DNA of 64,000 nucleotides from Planctomycetota bacterium (GCA_038746265.1 JBCDKU010000001.1:54281-118280), one strand, 5' to 3'. Numbered from the stretch's first letter, positions 7,208-17,515 are shown. Made by a program: numbers and translations. The notes: generated by a model from the letters alone, not told the origin.

Positions 7208-7987
7208 ATGCAGAAAGATCCGCAACAGACCTTCGGCGCGCGCATCCGAGCGGCCCGGACTGCCCGCGGGATGTCGCTGCGGCGGCTCTCGGAGCTCACC
7301 GAATGTGCGAGCGGGTACTTGTCGCAGATCGAGCGTGGCGAGCGGCCGCCGCCGAGCGCGGCGGTGATCGCGAAGCTGGAAGTCGCGCTATCGCTCGATC
7401 GCGGTGCACTCGAGTCCGCGGCGGGCTGGGAGCGGACGCCCCAAGCGGTGCGGGACGCGATCGCGGCGCTGGCGCGCGGCGGTCTGGACGCTGCGCACGG
7501 GTCGGGTGAACTGCGGCGGCTGATCGAGTCGTTCGGCGGGCGTGTCGATGAGGACGCGGAGCCGGTGCGGCGGGCGCTGCCGTTTGAGGTGCCGCTGATC
7601 AATCAGGTCGCGGCGGGCTACCCGGCGGGGTTCACGGATCTCGGGTTCCCGGCGAAGGTCGCGGACGAGTACGTGCGGACGACCGACGTGGGCGATCCGG
7701 ATGCGTTCGCGGCGCGGGTGGTGGGCGACTCGATGGAGCCCGTGTACCGCGAGGGCGACGTGGTGGTGTTCAGCCCTGCCCGGGACATCGAGGACGGGAG
7801 CGACTGTTTCGCGCGGCTCGAGCCCGATCACGAGAGCACGTTCAAGCGGGTGTACTTCGAGCGGGGCGACGCGGGCGAGGAACTGATCCGGCTGCAGCCG
7901 ATCAACAACCGGTACGCGCCGCGGACGCTGCCGCGCGAGCAGGTGGCGGGGCTGTACCGCGCGGTTTCGGTGACGCGGAGCGTGTGA
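7208..7987 (+). CDS. XRE-family HTH + S24 (LexA/CI-like) autocleavable repressor
   Basis: ATG 7208 in ORF 6893..7987. HTH_3-like FGARIRAARTARGMSLRRLSELTECASGYLSQIERGER, LexA-like scissile region NQVAAGYP, catalytic Ser in VVGDSMEP and Lys in TFKRVYFE. Confidence 0.85.
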   Translation: MQKDPQQTFGARIRAARTARGMSLRRLSELTECASGYLSQIERGERPPPSAAVIAKLEVALSLDRGALESAAGWERTPQAVRDAIAALARGGLDAAHGSGELRRLIESFGGRVDEDAEPVRRALPFEVPLINQVAAGYPAGFTDLGFPAKVADEYVRTTDVGDPDAFAARVVGDSMEPVYREGDVVVFSPARDIEDGSDCFARLEPDHESTFKRVYFERGDAGEELIRLQPINNRYAPRTLPREQVAGLYRAVSVTRSV

Positions 7988-8023
7988 GGGCGCGGCGATC
8001 GCGCGGGTACACTCAGTGAGGTT

Positions 8024-8097
8024 GCCCTCGTAGCTCAGCTGGATAGAGCGGCGGATTCCTAATCCGCAGGTCAGAGGTTCGAATCCTCTCGGGGGTG
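8024..8097 (+). tRNA. tRNA-Arg (anticodon CCT)
   Basis: Cloverleaf read by eye: acceptor GCCCTCG/CGGGGGT (G1-U72 and U5-G68 wobbles), D arm GCTCAGCTGGATAGAGC, anticodon stem GCGGA/TCCGC with loop TTCCTAA, T arm AGAGGTTCGAATCCTCT. No encoded CCA. Confidence 0.85.
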
Positions 8098-8118
8098 CTT
8101 GCGTGCGGGCGGCGGTGC

Positions 8119-8796
8119 TCAGTCGCCGAACCCGAGCGATGTGCCGAACTCGCTGACCTCGTTGAAGATCGAGTGGGCCGTGGCCTCGGCGGCGCCCATC
8201 GCGGCGGAGATGGTGCCGGTCGCGATCTCGGTCGCTCGCTCCAGCACCACCTGCAGCGCTGCGCGGACGCGGTTCGCGCCGCGGGCGAGCGCGCCGATGA
8301 GACGGCGGAGCAGACCATCGATGCGAGTGTGCAACGCCTGGATCGTGCGGTAGACGCGCTCGCGGGCGGGCTCGAGCGTCTGGGCGACGGCGATCGCGCC
8401 GCGCAACGCCGTGTTGATCGCGGTCGCGAGCGCGCGGCTGTTCTGGATCCGCCGCAGGATCGCCTGCTGGAAGCGGACGAGGCGTGTGATGATCGCCTGC
8501 ACGCGGCTCGCGAGGGCTTGTAGCGCGGCCGCCATCTGGTGGACGCCGCCGGAGACGACGGTACTGGTGGCGCGCGTGATGTGGGCGACGATGTCGAGTC
8601 CGACGCGGGCGAGCCGCTCGGCGAAGGTCACGATCCGGGCGATGCGGTCTGCGAGCGAGCGGAAGAGGTTCGCGACGTTCGTTGCGGCTCCCTGCGTGAC
8701 GGCGCGGAGTGCCTGGCGGAGCGCGGAGTCGTAGTCGCGCAGGGCGCGGTCGATGTTGCCGGCCGTGCGTTCGACGTCTTCGATGGTGATGGGCAT
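8119..8796 (-). CDS. hypothetical all-alpha, Ala/Arg-rich protein
   Basis: 225-aa ORF with heptad-like helical repeats (RALRQALRAVTQG..., AIITRLVRFQQAILRRIQ...). No signal peptide, TM helix or recognisable motif. Confidence 0.5.
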   Translation of the reverse strand: MPITIEDVERTAGNIDRALRDYDSALRQALRAVTQGAATNVANLFRSLADRIARIVTFAERLARVGLDIVAHITRATSTVVSGGVHQMAAALQALASRVQAIITRLVRFQQAILRRIQNSRALATAINTALRGAIAVAQTLEPARERVYRTIQALHTRIDGLLRRLIGALARGANRVRAALQVVLERATEIATGTISAAMGAAEATAHSIFNEVSEFGTSLGFGD

Positions 8797-8870
8797 CGCG
8801 TGTCCTTCCGTTCGGGGAAGGCAGCGACATGTACGCGCCGCGACTCACGCGCGGCTCTGTGAATCCGCGT

Positions 8871-11789
8871 TTACGGGCTCGGAACGCCCGCGCAGCCGCT
8901 GGTGAGGAAGGACGTGATGTCCTGGGCGTCGAGGAGGCCGTCGCCGTTCCAGTCGCCGGCGGGCTCGGCGGCGGCGATGAGGCGGAGCAGCTCGACGAGG
9001 TCGAAGACGTCGGTGGCAGCGTCGCCGCTGAGGTCGGTGCCGCAGCAGGGATCGGGCGTGACCTCGAGCGACGAGACGAGCTCGCCGCCGGCGACGCACA
9101 GCACCGCGCCGTCGGAGAACCGCACGCGGATCTCGTCGGGGCCGGGGTTCCAGGCGGCGTAGATGTGCTCGACACCGTTGAAGAACACCGCAGCCGCGGG
9201 GTGGTTCGCGGTGACGGTCGGATCGACGATCCCAAGTACGCCGAAGGCGCCGAGCCAGTGCTCGGCATGGGCCCGCGAGTGCCCGCCCTCGACCTCGTAG
9301 AAGGGGTTGGCGGATCTGAAGTTCAGGGCCGCGACGGGGTCGATCATGGCGAGCGCGGTGAGCGTGATGCTGGCCCAGTCGTTGACGTTGCCGCCGATGC
9401 GTGCGAGCAGGGCGTCGATTTTGTCGCGCAGCGCCGTGGGGTGGCGCGCGAGGTAGAGGCTCGTGGCGCTGATGGGCAGGAGGTTGATGCCGTGGATCAG
9501 CTCGGGGTCGCCGCTGAAGAAGGTCGAGAACGCGGCGCCGGCGTCCCACACGATGCCGGAAACAGGCAGCGGCGCGGTGATCGGGAAGACCTCGTCGTCG
9601 GCGTCGAACCAGTACTGCTCGATCGCTGCGGTCTCGGCGGCGGCGAGGTAGAGGCCCAGGTCGCGCAGCTTGGTGTTGCCGGTGGTCATGCCCCACAGCG
9701 CGAGCGAGGTGTTGAAGTTCATCGACTCGCTGCTGGATTCCTGGTTGTTGCCGATCGTGAAGGCGGCGTGCCCCGAGGCGTAGGAGTGAGCCGCGTAGGG
9801 ATCGAAATTGCGGAGGAAGGGGAAACGCTCGTCGGCGCGGTCGTGGTTGGCGACATCGGAGATCAGCAGCTCGACCGCGGGCCCGAAGCGCTGCGCCCAG
9901 TCGGGGTCGCGCATCGCGACGTGGGCGGCCGCCATGACGAAGTAGCCGAAGTGGAAGTGGTGGTCGTTGAGCTGCTGGTTGAAGCCGAACGACGGGTCGC
10001 TCGCGAGAAGGGTGTTCCAGAGCGGGTCGTACGAGAAGCCGATCTCGGGCTGCTGGACGCCGCAGTCGAAGGTGAATGAATCGAGCCGGATGAGCTCGCC
10101 GGGCGAGGGGGTATCGATTAGGAGGAAGATCGTGTTGGTCGCGGCGAGCTGGGACTGCGCACCGGGGAGCGTTCCGAGCGGGAGCTCGATGTACTGGTTC
10201 TCGCCGCCCGTGCCGCCGATGCCGCCCTCGGCGAGAACGGGCCCGCTCAGACTGCCGACACGGATCTGGAAGAGGCCCGAGCCCTCGCTCGCCGAGGCGT
10301 AGCGGAGCACGATGCGGTTTGGGAAGCGGCCGTCGAAGGCGATGTTGTCGAAGCGGATCCAGTCGCCGTCTCCGAAGCCGGTCACCGCCTGTCCGCCGCC
10401 GGGTGCCGCGCCGACGCTCACGCCGGAGGAGGCGTCGAACTGTTCTGCCTCGTAGGTCCCGCAGAATACCTGCGGCGGCGCGTCGGGATCAACAACCGTG
10501 AGCCAGTCGGTGAGCTCCTCGCGGAGGTGATCCAGAAAGCGGTCGGCGGCCTGCTGGTGCCCTGACCGCTCGGCGAGCCAGATCAGGTGCGCGAGCCTCG
10601 CGTAGGACTTGCCCGCGAAGTAGGTGTCGGGCGCGGGGCTGAGGTCTGACTCTCGGAAGACGTCATCGACGAGGTTGAAGATCTGGGCCTTCGTGAGCCC
10701 GCCGAAGTCAGAAAGCTCGGGCAGGGCGGGCAGCATCGGCGGCAGCGGGTAGCTCGCCGTGAAGGAGTTGGTCTGGGCTGCGCGCATCTCGCCGCGCGGC
10801 GTGGTGTAGCTGCCCAGATCGGTCACGACGTCGGAGTTGAGCCACTGGTGCCGGTAGAGCGCGACGATCGGCGTGGTGTGGTCGGTGCCCGGGGCGGGCT
10901 GGGTCTCGAAGGTGTAGGTCGCGCGGACCGCCGCCTCGGCGGGGCGGTAGTCCCACGCGATCCGCGTATCCGTCACGTACGCGAACGCGCTCGACCGGAA
11001 CCGCTGGAGCGTCGCGGTCGTTGCATCGGGGAGGATCGCGGCCGCGACGGGCGTAGGCTGCGAGATCGCCAGCGTCGCGGCGGTGCCCGAGATGTTCCAG
11101 TCGAGTCCCTCGGGCGCGAAGATGGCCATCGGGACACCGCCGATGCGGACGCCGATGGTGTCGCCCAGATCCGCGAAGAACTGGATGCCGCCGCCGCCGA
11201 AGCGGGCGCGGACGATGCCGTTGCCGTCGGGCGTCGCGAGACACTGGGCGAAGGGGAGCCCGCGCGCGAGCGTCATCTCGATGGAGCGGTTGCCGTCCTG
11301 CTGGAAGGCGGTGACGTGCCAGTCGCCCGAGTCTTTCACATCCACACGCGGCGAGTTCAGCCCGTCGAGCGTGAGCGTGATGCCGGGCTGGTTGATGTCG
11401 AAGAAGTGGTAGTACGCGACGGCGTCGATGAAGGGCGTCGGGTCGAAGCCGACGCGGACGCCGCCCCCGCCGAAGAAGGCCGAGAGCGGGTTGGGGTGCA
11501 TCGGGAAGCCGTACGACCCGTCGCGGTGCCAGATGGCGCTCGACCACCACTCGTTGGTCGGGATCGGCCCCGAGAAATCGGGTGTGACCGCTGGGATGGC
11601 GAGCGCGCCGGAGTTGGTCGAGGGACGCCCGAGGTTGGGCGCGGGCGAGGCGAAGACGCTGCCGTCACCGGCTCGGATCACGGACTGCGCCGGAGCCCAG
11701 GTTGTTGCGGCGGCGACGCACGCCAGCACGATCGCGAGCCGCAAGATCAGATTCCCGCACGCTCCGCGCGGTTGGGCAGCACAAGGCAT
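8871..11789 (-). CDS. secreted GH81 endo-beta-1,3-glucanase with CBM6/35-like insert and C-terminal dockerin-like tail
   Basis: ATG 11789 gives signal peptide LRLAIVLACVAAATTWAPAQS. GH81 motifs LNDHHFHFGYF and NNQESSSES. Insert YEAEQFD...GDGDWIRFDNIAF...IRLDSFTF (about 10020-10430). C-terminus GDWNGDGLLDAQDITSFLTSGC. Confidence 0.8.
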   Translation of the reverse strand: MPCAAQPRGACGNLILRLAIVLACVAAATTWAPAQSVIRAGDGSVFASPAPNLGRPSTNSGALAIPAVTPDFSGPIPTNEWWSSAIWHRDGSYGFPMHPNPLSAFFGGGGVRVGFDPTPFIDAVAYYHFFDINQPGITLTLDGLNSPRVDVKDSGDWHVTAFQQDGNRSIEMTLARGLPFAQCLATPDGNGIVRARFGGGGIQFFADLGDTIGVRIGGVPMAIFAPEGLDWNISGTAATLAISQPTPVAAAILPDATTATLQRFRSSAFAYVTDTRIAWDYRPAEAAVRATYTFETQPAPGTDHTTPIVALYRHQWLNSDVVTDLGSYTTPRGEMRAAQTNSFTASYPLPPMLPALPELSDFGGLTKAQIFNLVDDVFRESDLSPAPDTYFAGKSYARLAHLIWLAERSGHQQAADRFLDHLREELTDWLTVVDPDAPPQVFCGTYEAEQFDASSGVSVGAAPGGGQAVTGFGDGDWIRFDNIAFDGRFPNRIVLRYASASEGSGLFQIRVGSLSGPVLAEGGIGGTGGENQYIELPLGTLPGAQSQLAATNTIFLLIDTPSPGELIRLDSFTFDCGVQQPEIGFSYDPLWNTLLASDPSFGFNQQLNDHHFHFGYFVMAAAHVAMRDPDWAQRFGPAVELLISDVANHDRADERFPFLRNFDPYAAHSYASGHAAFTIGNNQESSSESMNFNTSLALWGMTTGNTKLRDLGLYLAAAETAAIEQYWFDADDEVFPITAPLPVSGIVWDAGAAFSTFFSGDPELIHGINLLPISATSLYLARHPTALRDKIDALLARIGGNVNDWASITLTALAMIDPVAALNFRSANPFYEVEGGHSRAHAEHWLGAFGVLGIVDPTVTANHPAAAVFFNGVEHIYAAWNPGPDEIRVRFSDGAVLCVAGGELVSSLEVTPDPCCGTDLSGDAATDVFDLVELLRLIAAAEPAGDWNGDGLLDAQDITSFLTSGCAGVPSP

Positions 11790-11993
11790 GTTCGGACACT
11801 CCCTCCGGCGGACTCGCCGTTGGAACAACCGTACGAGCGGACGCGATTCTGATCCAGCGAAATCGCCCCCGCCCGCGTGTGATCCGCCGCCGAACGTCCG
11901 CTATTCCGGGCGGTGTTCGCGCGCTGCAAGGTGTTGTTGAAACTGGGCTTTGCGGGTACACCAGAGGGGATCGCCCGACCGCCGGAGGCCCGC

Positions 11994-12583
<590 letters not shown>

Positions 12584-12587
<4 letters not shown>

Positions 12588-15151
12588 GCATCGAGCACAC
12601 CGAGATCGAGTGCGCGGCCGCCTCCGCCTTTGAAGAGGTCGTCGATCTCTCGCCCGCGGACCGCGCGCTGCGGCTCGACGCGCTCGATGCGCATGTGCGC
12701 TCGCGTGTGCTGGAATTGCTCGCCGCCGACGAGCGCGCAAGCGGGTTCCTCGAAGCCAAGCCCGCGCGCGACGACGCGATCGGCAGCGTTCTACGGGGCT
12801 ACGAGCTCACCGCGATCATCGGCGAGGGCGGCATGGGCCGTGTCTACCGCGGCGAGCGCGTGGACGGCGCGTTCGACCGGTCCGTCGCGATCAAGCTCAT
12901 CCGCCCGGGGCTCGTGGGCCGCGATCTCGTTGCCCGGCTCGAGCGTGAACGCCGGCTGCTCGCGTCGGTCGAGCACCCCGGTGTGGTGCGATTGCTCGAC
13001 GCGGGCATCGCCGACCACGGCGAGCCGTTTCTCATCATGTCGCTCGTCGAGGGCACGCGGCTCGATGACTACGCCGACACGCACACGCTCGACACGCGCG
13101 AGCGCGTCGGGCTTGTGAAGCAGGTCGCCGACGCCGTTGCCGCAGCGCACGCGGCGATGGTCGTGCACCGCGACCTCAAGCCCGCGAACGTGCTGGTGAC
13201 AGACGGGGGCGAGGCACGGCTGCTCGACTTCGGCATCGCCAAGTCGCTCGACACCGCGAGCGATCACACGCAGACGCAGGACGGCGCCCGCCGCATGACG
13301 CTGGCGTACGCGAGCCCCGAGCAGATCAAGGGCGAACCGATCACGGCCGCGAGCGATGTCTATGCGCTGGGCGTCATGCTCTACGAGTTGCTCGCGGGCA
13401 AGCGGCCCTTCGAGGTCGCGACGCTTCCCTGGCACGAGGCGTGCCGCGTGATCTGCGAGACGACGCCGCCCAAGCCGAGCGTTGTTGCAGAGATCGAGCT
13501 CGGCCGCGACCTCGACGCGATCATCATGCGCGCAATGGCCCGCGAGCCAGCGCGACGCTACTCGTCGGCCGAGCGGTTCGCGGACGATCTCCGGCGCTGG
13601 CTGGAGGGAAGGCCAGTCGAGGCGCGTCCCGACTCCGCGGCGTACCGCGCGAGCCGCTTTGCGGGGCGGCATCCGCTCGCGGTCGGCGCGGCGGGCCTCG
13701 CGCTGCTCGCTTCGATGACCGCAGCGGGGGTGTTTGCGTGGCAGGCGGGCGAGATCCGCGCCGAGCGGGACGCCGCCCGCGAGCGGTTCGACATGGTCCG
13801 CACGCTCGCCAACGAGATGATCTTCGGCGTGCACGACAAGCTCGTCGAGCTCGAGGGCTCGACCGAGAACCGCCGCGCCGTGGCCAAGACCGCGGCGGCG
13901 TACCTCGCCGAGCTGGGCGGGCAATCGACGGGCGATGCGGAACTCCTGCGAGAACTCGCCGCCGCCCACCAGCGTTTGGCGCAAGTGTTCGGCGGGCTTA
14001 CCTCGGGATCGACGGGTGACACCGACCTCGCGCTCGACCATGCGCGGCAGGCGGTGGCGTTGTTCGAGGAAGCCGAGCTGATCGCGGGCGAGACGACCGA
14101 CTCGAAGGCGTCGCGTGCCTCGGGTCTCGTGCAGCTCGGGTCGCTGCAGCAGCAGGCGGGCGAGCTCGCCGCGGCCGAGGAGACCTTCGAACGGGCCACG
14201 CGGATCGCGACGGGCTACGACCGCGCCGCGGCCGAGCTGCGGATCGGGTCGATCCGGCTTCTGCGCGGCGACGGCAGTGCCGATACCGAGCAGCGCTTCG
14301 GGCGCGCCGAGACGATTCTCGCGGGCCTGATCGCCGCGGGCGACGACTCCGACCGCACGGCGCAGAGCCACGCGACGGCCGCCGAGAAGCTGGGCGATCT
14401 CGCGGTGAACCGCGACGACCCCGAAGCAGCCCTCGCGAAGTACCGCGCGGCGCTCGATACCCGCCGCGCGATCGCGGAGCGTTCGGGCAATACCTACTTC
14501 GCGCGGCGCGCGCTCGCGATCGGTCTCGGCAAGGTCGCCGACGTGCTCGGGCATCCGTCGTATCCCAACGTGGGCGACGAGCCCGCGTCGCTCGCGGCGT
14601 ATCAGGAAGCGCTCGAGATCGGCCGCGCGATGGCCGCGACCGATCCCGCCGACATGAGCGCCAAGCAGGTTGAGGCATACTTCGAACGGCGCACCGGCAC
14701 GCTGCACTCGGTGCTGGGTGATCACGCCGCAGCCCGCGCGTGCATCGACCGCTCGCTCGAGTTGACCCGTGAGCGCGTCGCCGCCGACCCAGGCTCGGGC
14801 GGCGCGAAGCTCGATCTTGCGTCGGTCCTGATGCTCTCGAACGACTTCCACGCCGCCGCGGGCGAGCCGGGCAACGCGGCTGAGCTGCGCGAGGTCATCG
14901 CGATCGCCGACGAGATCCTGGGCGTCGCGCCGGACTATGTGAACGCCTCGCTCACCGCGATCGACGCCGAGCGCGCCCTCGCGCGGACGCTCGCCGAGAC
15001 CGACCGATCCGCGGCGGCGGACGCGGCGCGGTCGGCGCTGAGCCGGCTCCGTGCGCTCGACGATCGCGGCGTGCTCCGTGATGCGCAGCGCTCGATGATC
15101 GGCGAGACCGAGGCCCTGCTGGCGGAACTGCTCGCCGATTTCGGCACCTGA
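12584..15151 (+). CDS. Ser/Thr protein kinase with TM segment and TPR-like C-terminal region
   Basis: GTG 12584. GEGGMGRVYRG, VAIK, HRDLKPANVLV, DFGIAK, YASPEQ. TM helix LAVGAAGLALLASMTAAGVFAW, then long Ala-rich helical repeats. Confidence 0.85.
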
Positions 15152-15283
15152 AAATTTCTTCCACGGCTCTGTCGGCTTCTGCCTGAGTCCTTCGCGGTGC
15201 GGTGTGAACGGAGGCCGATCGCCGTCCTCCGCACGCACGACCCGTCCTGTCCCGTTGAGAGGACGCAGAGGAGGACCGCCACC

Positions 15284-17071
15284 ATGTTCAGGAAGACGCT
15301 CTCACGCACCCGCGCCATCACCGCCGCTGTCGGCTTCGCGGCCGTCGCGATGACCACCACCACCCACGCCCAGCCCGTCCCGGCCGGCACGGCGTTTACC
15401 TACCAGGGACGCCTCGCCGACAACGGCCAGCCCGTCGCGGGCCCGGTTGATCTCGCCTTCCGCCTGTACGACGAGGACGCCATGGGTCTTCAGATCGGCT
15501 CGACCATCTCGCTGCCCGGCTTCAACGACTTCAGCGCCGACGGCACGTTCTCCGTCGTGCTCGACTTTGGGCGCAACGCCTTCCTCGGTGACGCCCGCTG
15601 GCTCGAGATCGATGTCGAGGGCACGACCCTCACCCCGCGTCAGCCGATCACACCGACACCGTTCGCGCTCTTCGCGCTCGACGGCAACGAGGGACCCGCG
15701 GGCCCGCAGGGGCCACAAGGTCCACAGGGCCCCGAGGGCATGGTCGGGCCGATGGGCATGGACGGACCGCAGGGCGAGCAGGGCCCCGAGGGCCCGGTCG
15801 GACCGCAGGGCCTCGTCGGGCCTCCCGGGCCGCAGGGCATCCAGGGCCCGCCCGGCTTCACCGGCGCTCAGGGCATCCAGGGTCCGCCCGGCGACTCCCG
15901 CTGGGGCCTGAACGGATCGAGCACCTTCTACACCACCGGCAACGTCGGCATCGGCACCACCGCGCCCGCCGGCCCGCTCGCGGTCTTCGGCAACGACACC
16001 GACAATGCCATCCAGGGACGCAACAGCGGCGTGGGCGCGGGCGTCGGCGGCTGGAACACCCAATCGACCGGTATCCGCGACGGCGTCTTCGGTCGGTCGG
16101 ACAGCAACGCGGGCCGCGGCGTCTTCGGCTGGTCCACCTCGACCACCGGCAACACCGTCGGCGTGTTCGGTCAGACGCAGAGCAACTCGGGCGTCGCGCT
16201 GAGCGGCATCGCCACCGCGACCTCGGGCGACCCGGTCGCCGTCTACGGCGAGGTCCGCGCCGCCGGCGGCTTCGGCGCGTACTTCGAGGGACCCGTCGGC
16301 AGCCAGAACTACTTCCAGCGCTCCGTCGGCATCGGCACCACCAACCCGGGCCAGACGCTCAGTGTCGTCGGCAACAGCACCATCTCCGACTTCCTCGCCG
16401 TCGGCCAGACCGCAAACCCCGACGCCAAGCTCCTCGTCCGCGGCGACACCACGGGCGACGCCTTCCGCGTCCGTGTCGGCAGTTCCTCGAAGCTCGTCGT
16501 CAAGGACAACGGCGGCATGGCCGTCGGTTCGAACTTCTCGTCCGTCCCCGCCAACGGCATGCGCGTCGCCGGCAACGTCGGCATCAACGCCGACCCCGGC
16601 AGCACCACGCTCGTCATCAACGGCACCGCCTCCAAGCCCGGCGGCGGGCTCTGGGGCGTCTTCTCCGACCGCCGCCTCAAGCACCACATCGAGCCGCTCG
16701 AGTCGGGCGTGCTCGACCGCCTGCTCTCGCTCCGGGGCTACACCTTCGAGTACACGCCCGAGGCGATCGAATCGATGCCACTCGCACAGGGACGCCAGAC
16801 GGGCCTGATCGCGCAGGAGGTCCAGAAGGCGTTCCCTGAGTGGGTCGAGACCGCCGACGACGGCTACCTCTTCGTCGAGGAGAAAGGCTTTACCGCGATC
16901 CTCGTCGAGGCGCTCCGCGAGCTTGACTCCGAGAAGGACCGCGAGATCGAGCAGCTCCACGCCGCCGCCCGCGAGCGCGACGCCGAGATCAGCCGCATGG
17001 CCGACGAGCTCGAGGCGATGCGCACCGTCCTGCTCAACCTCGCCCAGAACCAGATGGGGTCGAGCCGATGA
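15284..17071 (+). CDS. secreted collagen-like fibre protein with C-terminal S74-type intramolecular chaperone (tail-fibre) domain
   Basis: ATG 15284 after GGAGGA. Signal peptide ...[12 protein letters not shown], 22 G-X-Y triplets, Gly-rich GVFG repeats, then [13 protein letters not shown]...[15 protein letters not shown] and a terminal coiled coil. Confidence 0.8.
   Translation: MFRKTLSRTRAITAAVGFAAVAMTTTTHAQPVPAGTAFTYQGRLADNGQPVAGPVDLAFRLYDEDAMGLQIGSTISLPGFNDFSADGTFSVVLDFGRNAFLGDARWLEIDVEGTTLTPRQPITPTPFALFALDGNEGPAGPQGPQGPQGPEGMVGPMGMDGPQGEQGPEGPVGPQGLVGPPGPQGIQGPPGFTGAQGIQGPPGDSRWGLNGSSTFYTTGNVGIGTTAPAGPLAVFGNDTDNAIQGRNSGVGAGVGGWNTQSTGIRDGVFGRSDSNAGRGVFGWSTSTTGNTVGVFGQTQSNSGVALSGIATATSGDPVAVYGEVRAAGGFGAYFEGPVGSQNYFQRSVGIGTTNPGQTLSVVGNSTISDFLAVGQTANPDAKLLVRGDTTGDAFRVRVGSSSKLVVKDNGGMAVGSNFSSVPANGMRVAGNVGINADPGSTTLVINGTASKPGGGLWGVFSDRRLKHHIEPLESGVLDRLLSLRGYTFEYTPEAIESMPLAQGRQTGLIAQEVQKAFPEWVETADDGYLFVEEKGFTAILVEALRELDSEKDREIEQLHAAARERDAEISRMADELEAMRTVLLNLAQNQMGSSR
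15692..15889 (+). repeat. collagen-like G-X-Y triplet repeat (coding)
   Basis: [67 protein letters not shown]. Confidence 0.9.
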
Positions 17072-17466
17072 ACCGCTTCACACTCCTCCTCGCGAGCACG
17101 GTCTCATCCGTTGCGATCGCCCAGCCCTACACCCTCGCCGGCACGACCATCGACGGCGGCGGCGGGATCTCGACCACGACCCGGTTCGAGCTGGCCGGCT
17201 CGATCGGCCAGCACGACACCGGCGCCTCGTCCGGCGCGGGCCGCTTCACCGTCACCGCCGGCTTCTGGCGCTTCGGCGAGACCATGACTCAGCCCGACCC
17301 GATCGACTTCGACGGCAACGGCGTCGTCAACATCTCCGACCTGTTCGCCTTCATTAATGCCTTCACGATGACGCCGCCCGACCCGAACGCCGACTTCGAC
17401 GGCAACGGCGTCATCAACATCTCCGACCTGTTCGCCTTCATCCAGGCATTCACGTCGCAGCCGTAG
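17068..17466 (+). CDS. small secreted protein with two dockerin/EF-hand-like repeats
   Basis: ATGA overlap with the fibre gene. Signal peptide [22 protein letters not shown]...GSIGQHDTG...TAGFW motif, and twice DFDGNGV(V/I)NISDLFAFI(N/Q)AF. Confidence 0.7.
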   Translation: MNRFTLLLASTVSSVAIAQPYTLAGTTIDGGGGISTTTRFELAGSIGQHDTGASSGAGRFTVTAGFWRFGETMTQPDPIDFDGNGVVNISDLFAFINAFTMTPPDPNADFDGNGVINISDLFAFIQAFTSQP

Positions 17467-17496
17467 CTCCCGCCCAGCGGCTCGATGTCCCAGTGG

Positions 17497-17515
17497 GACG
17501 GGCATCCTGCCCGTC
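17497..17515 (+). terminator. GC hairpin after 17068..17466 (no U-tract)
   Basis: GACGGGC-atcct-GCCCGTC, 31 nt after the stop. The left arm can alternatively pair with 17552-17564. Confidence 0.3.

Noticed and set aside
7988-8118. tRNA-Arg as an integration site with a detectable att repeat
   Set aside because: I found no second copy of the tRNA 3' end in the window and no integrase. The phage-like module also lies on the 5' side of the tRNA, which is not the usual geometry.
7388-9268. 626-aa minus-strand ORF
   Set aside because: It runs antisense through the repressor gene, straight across the tRNA-Arg gene and into the helical-protein and GH81 region. The translation is Arg/Pro/Ala/His low complexity with no motif. 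This is a typical high-GC antisense artefact.
11818-11993. ECF-type promoter (GGAAC at about 11821, TGAAAC at about 11938) upstream of the ECF sigma gene
   Set aside because: The -35-like pentamers lack a convincing -10 (CGTC/CGTA-type) at 16-17 nt. The first also lies inside the longest reading of the GH81 ORF.
12791-15238. 815-aa minus-strand ORF
   Set aside because: It is antisense to the Ser/Thr kinase, whose plus-strand frame carries all the Hanks motifs. The antisense product is R/G/A/E-rich with no recognisable domain.
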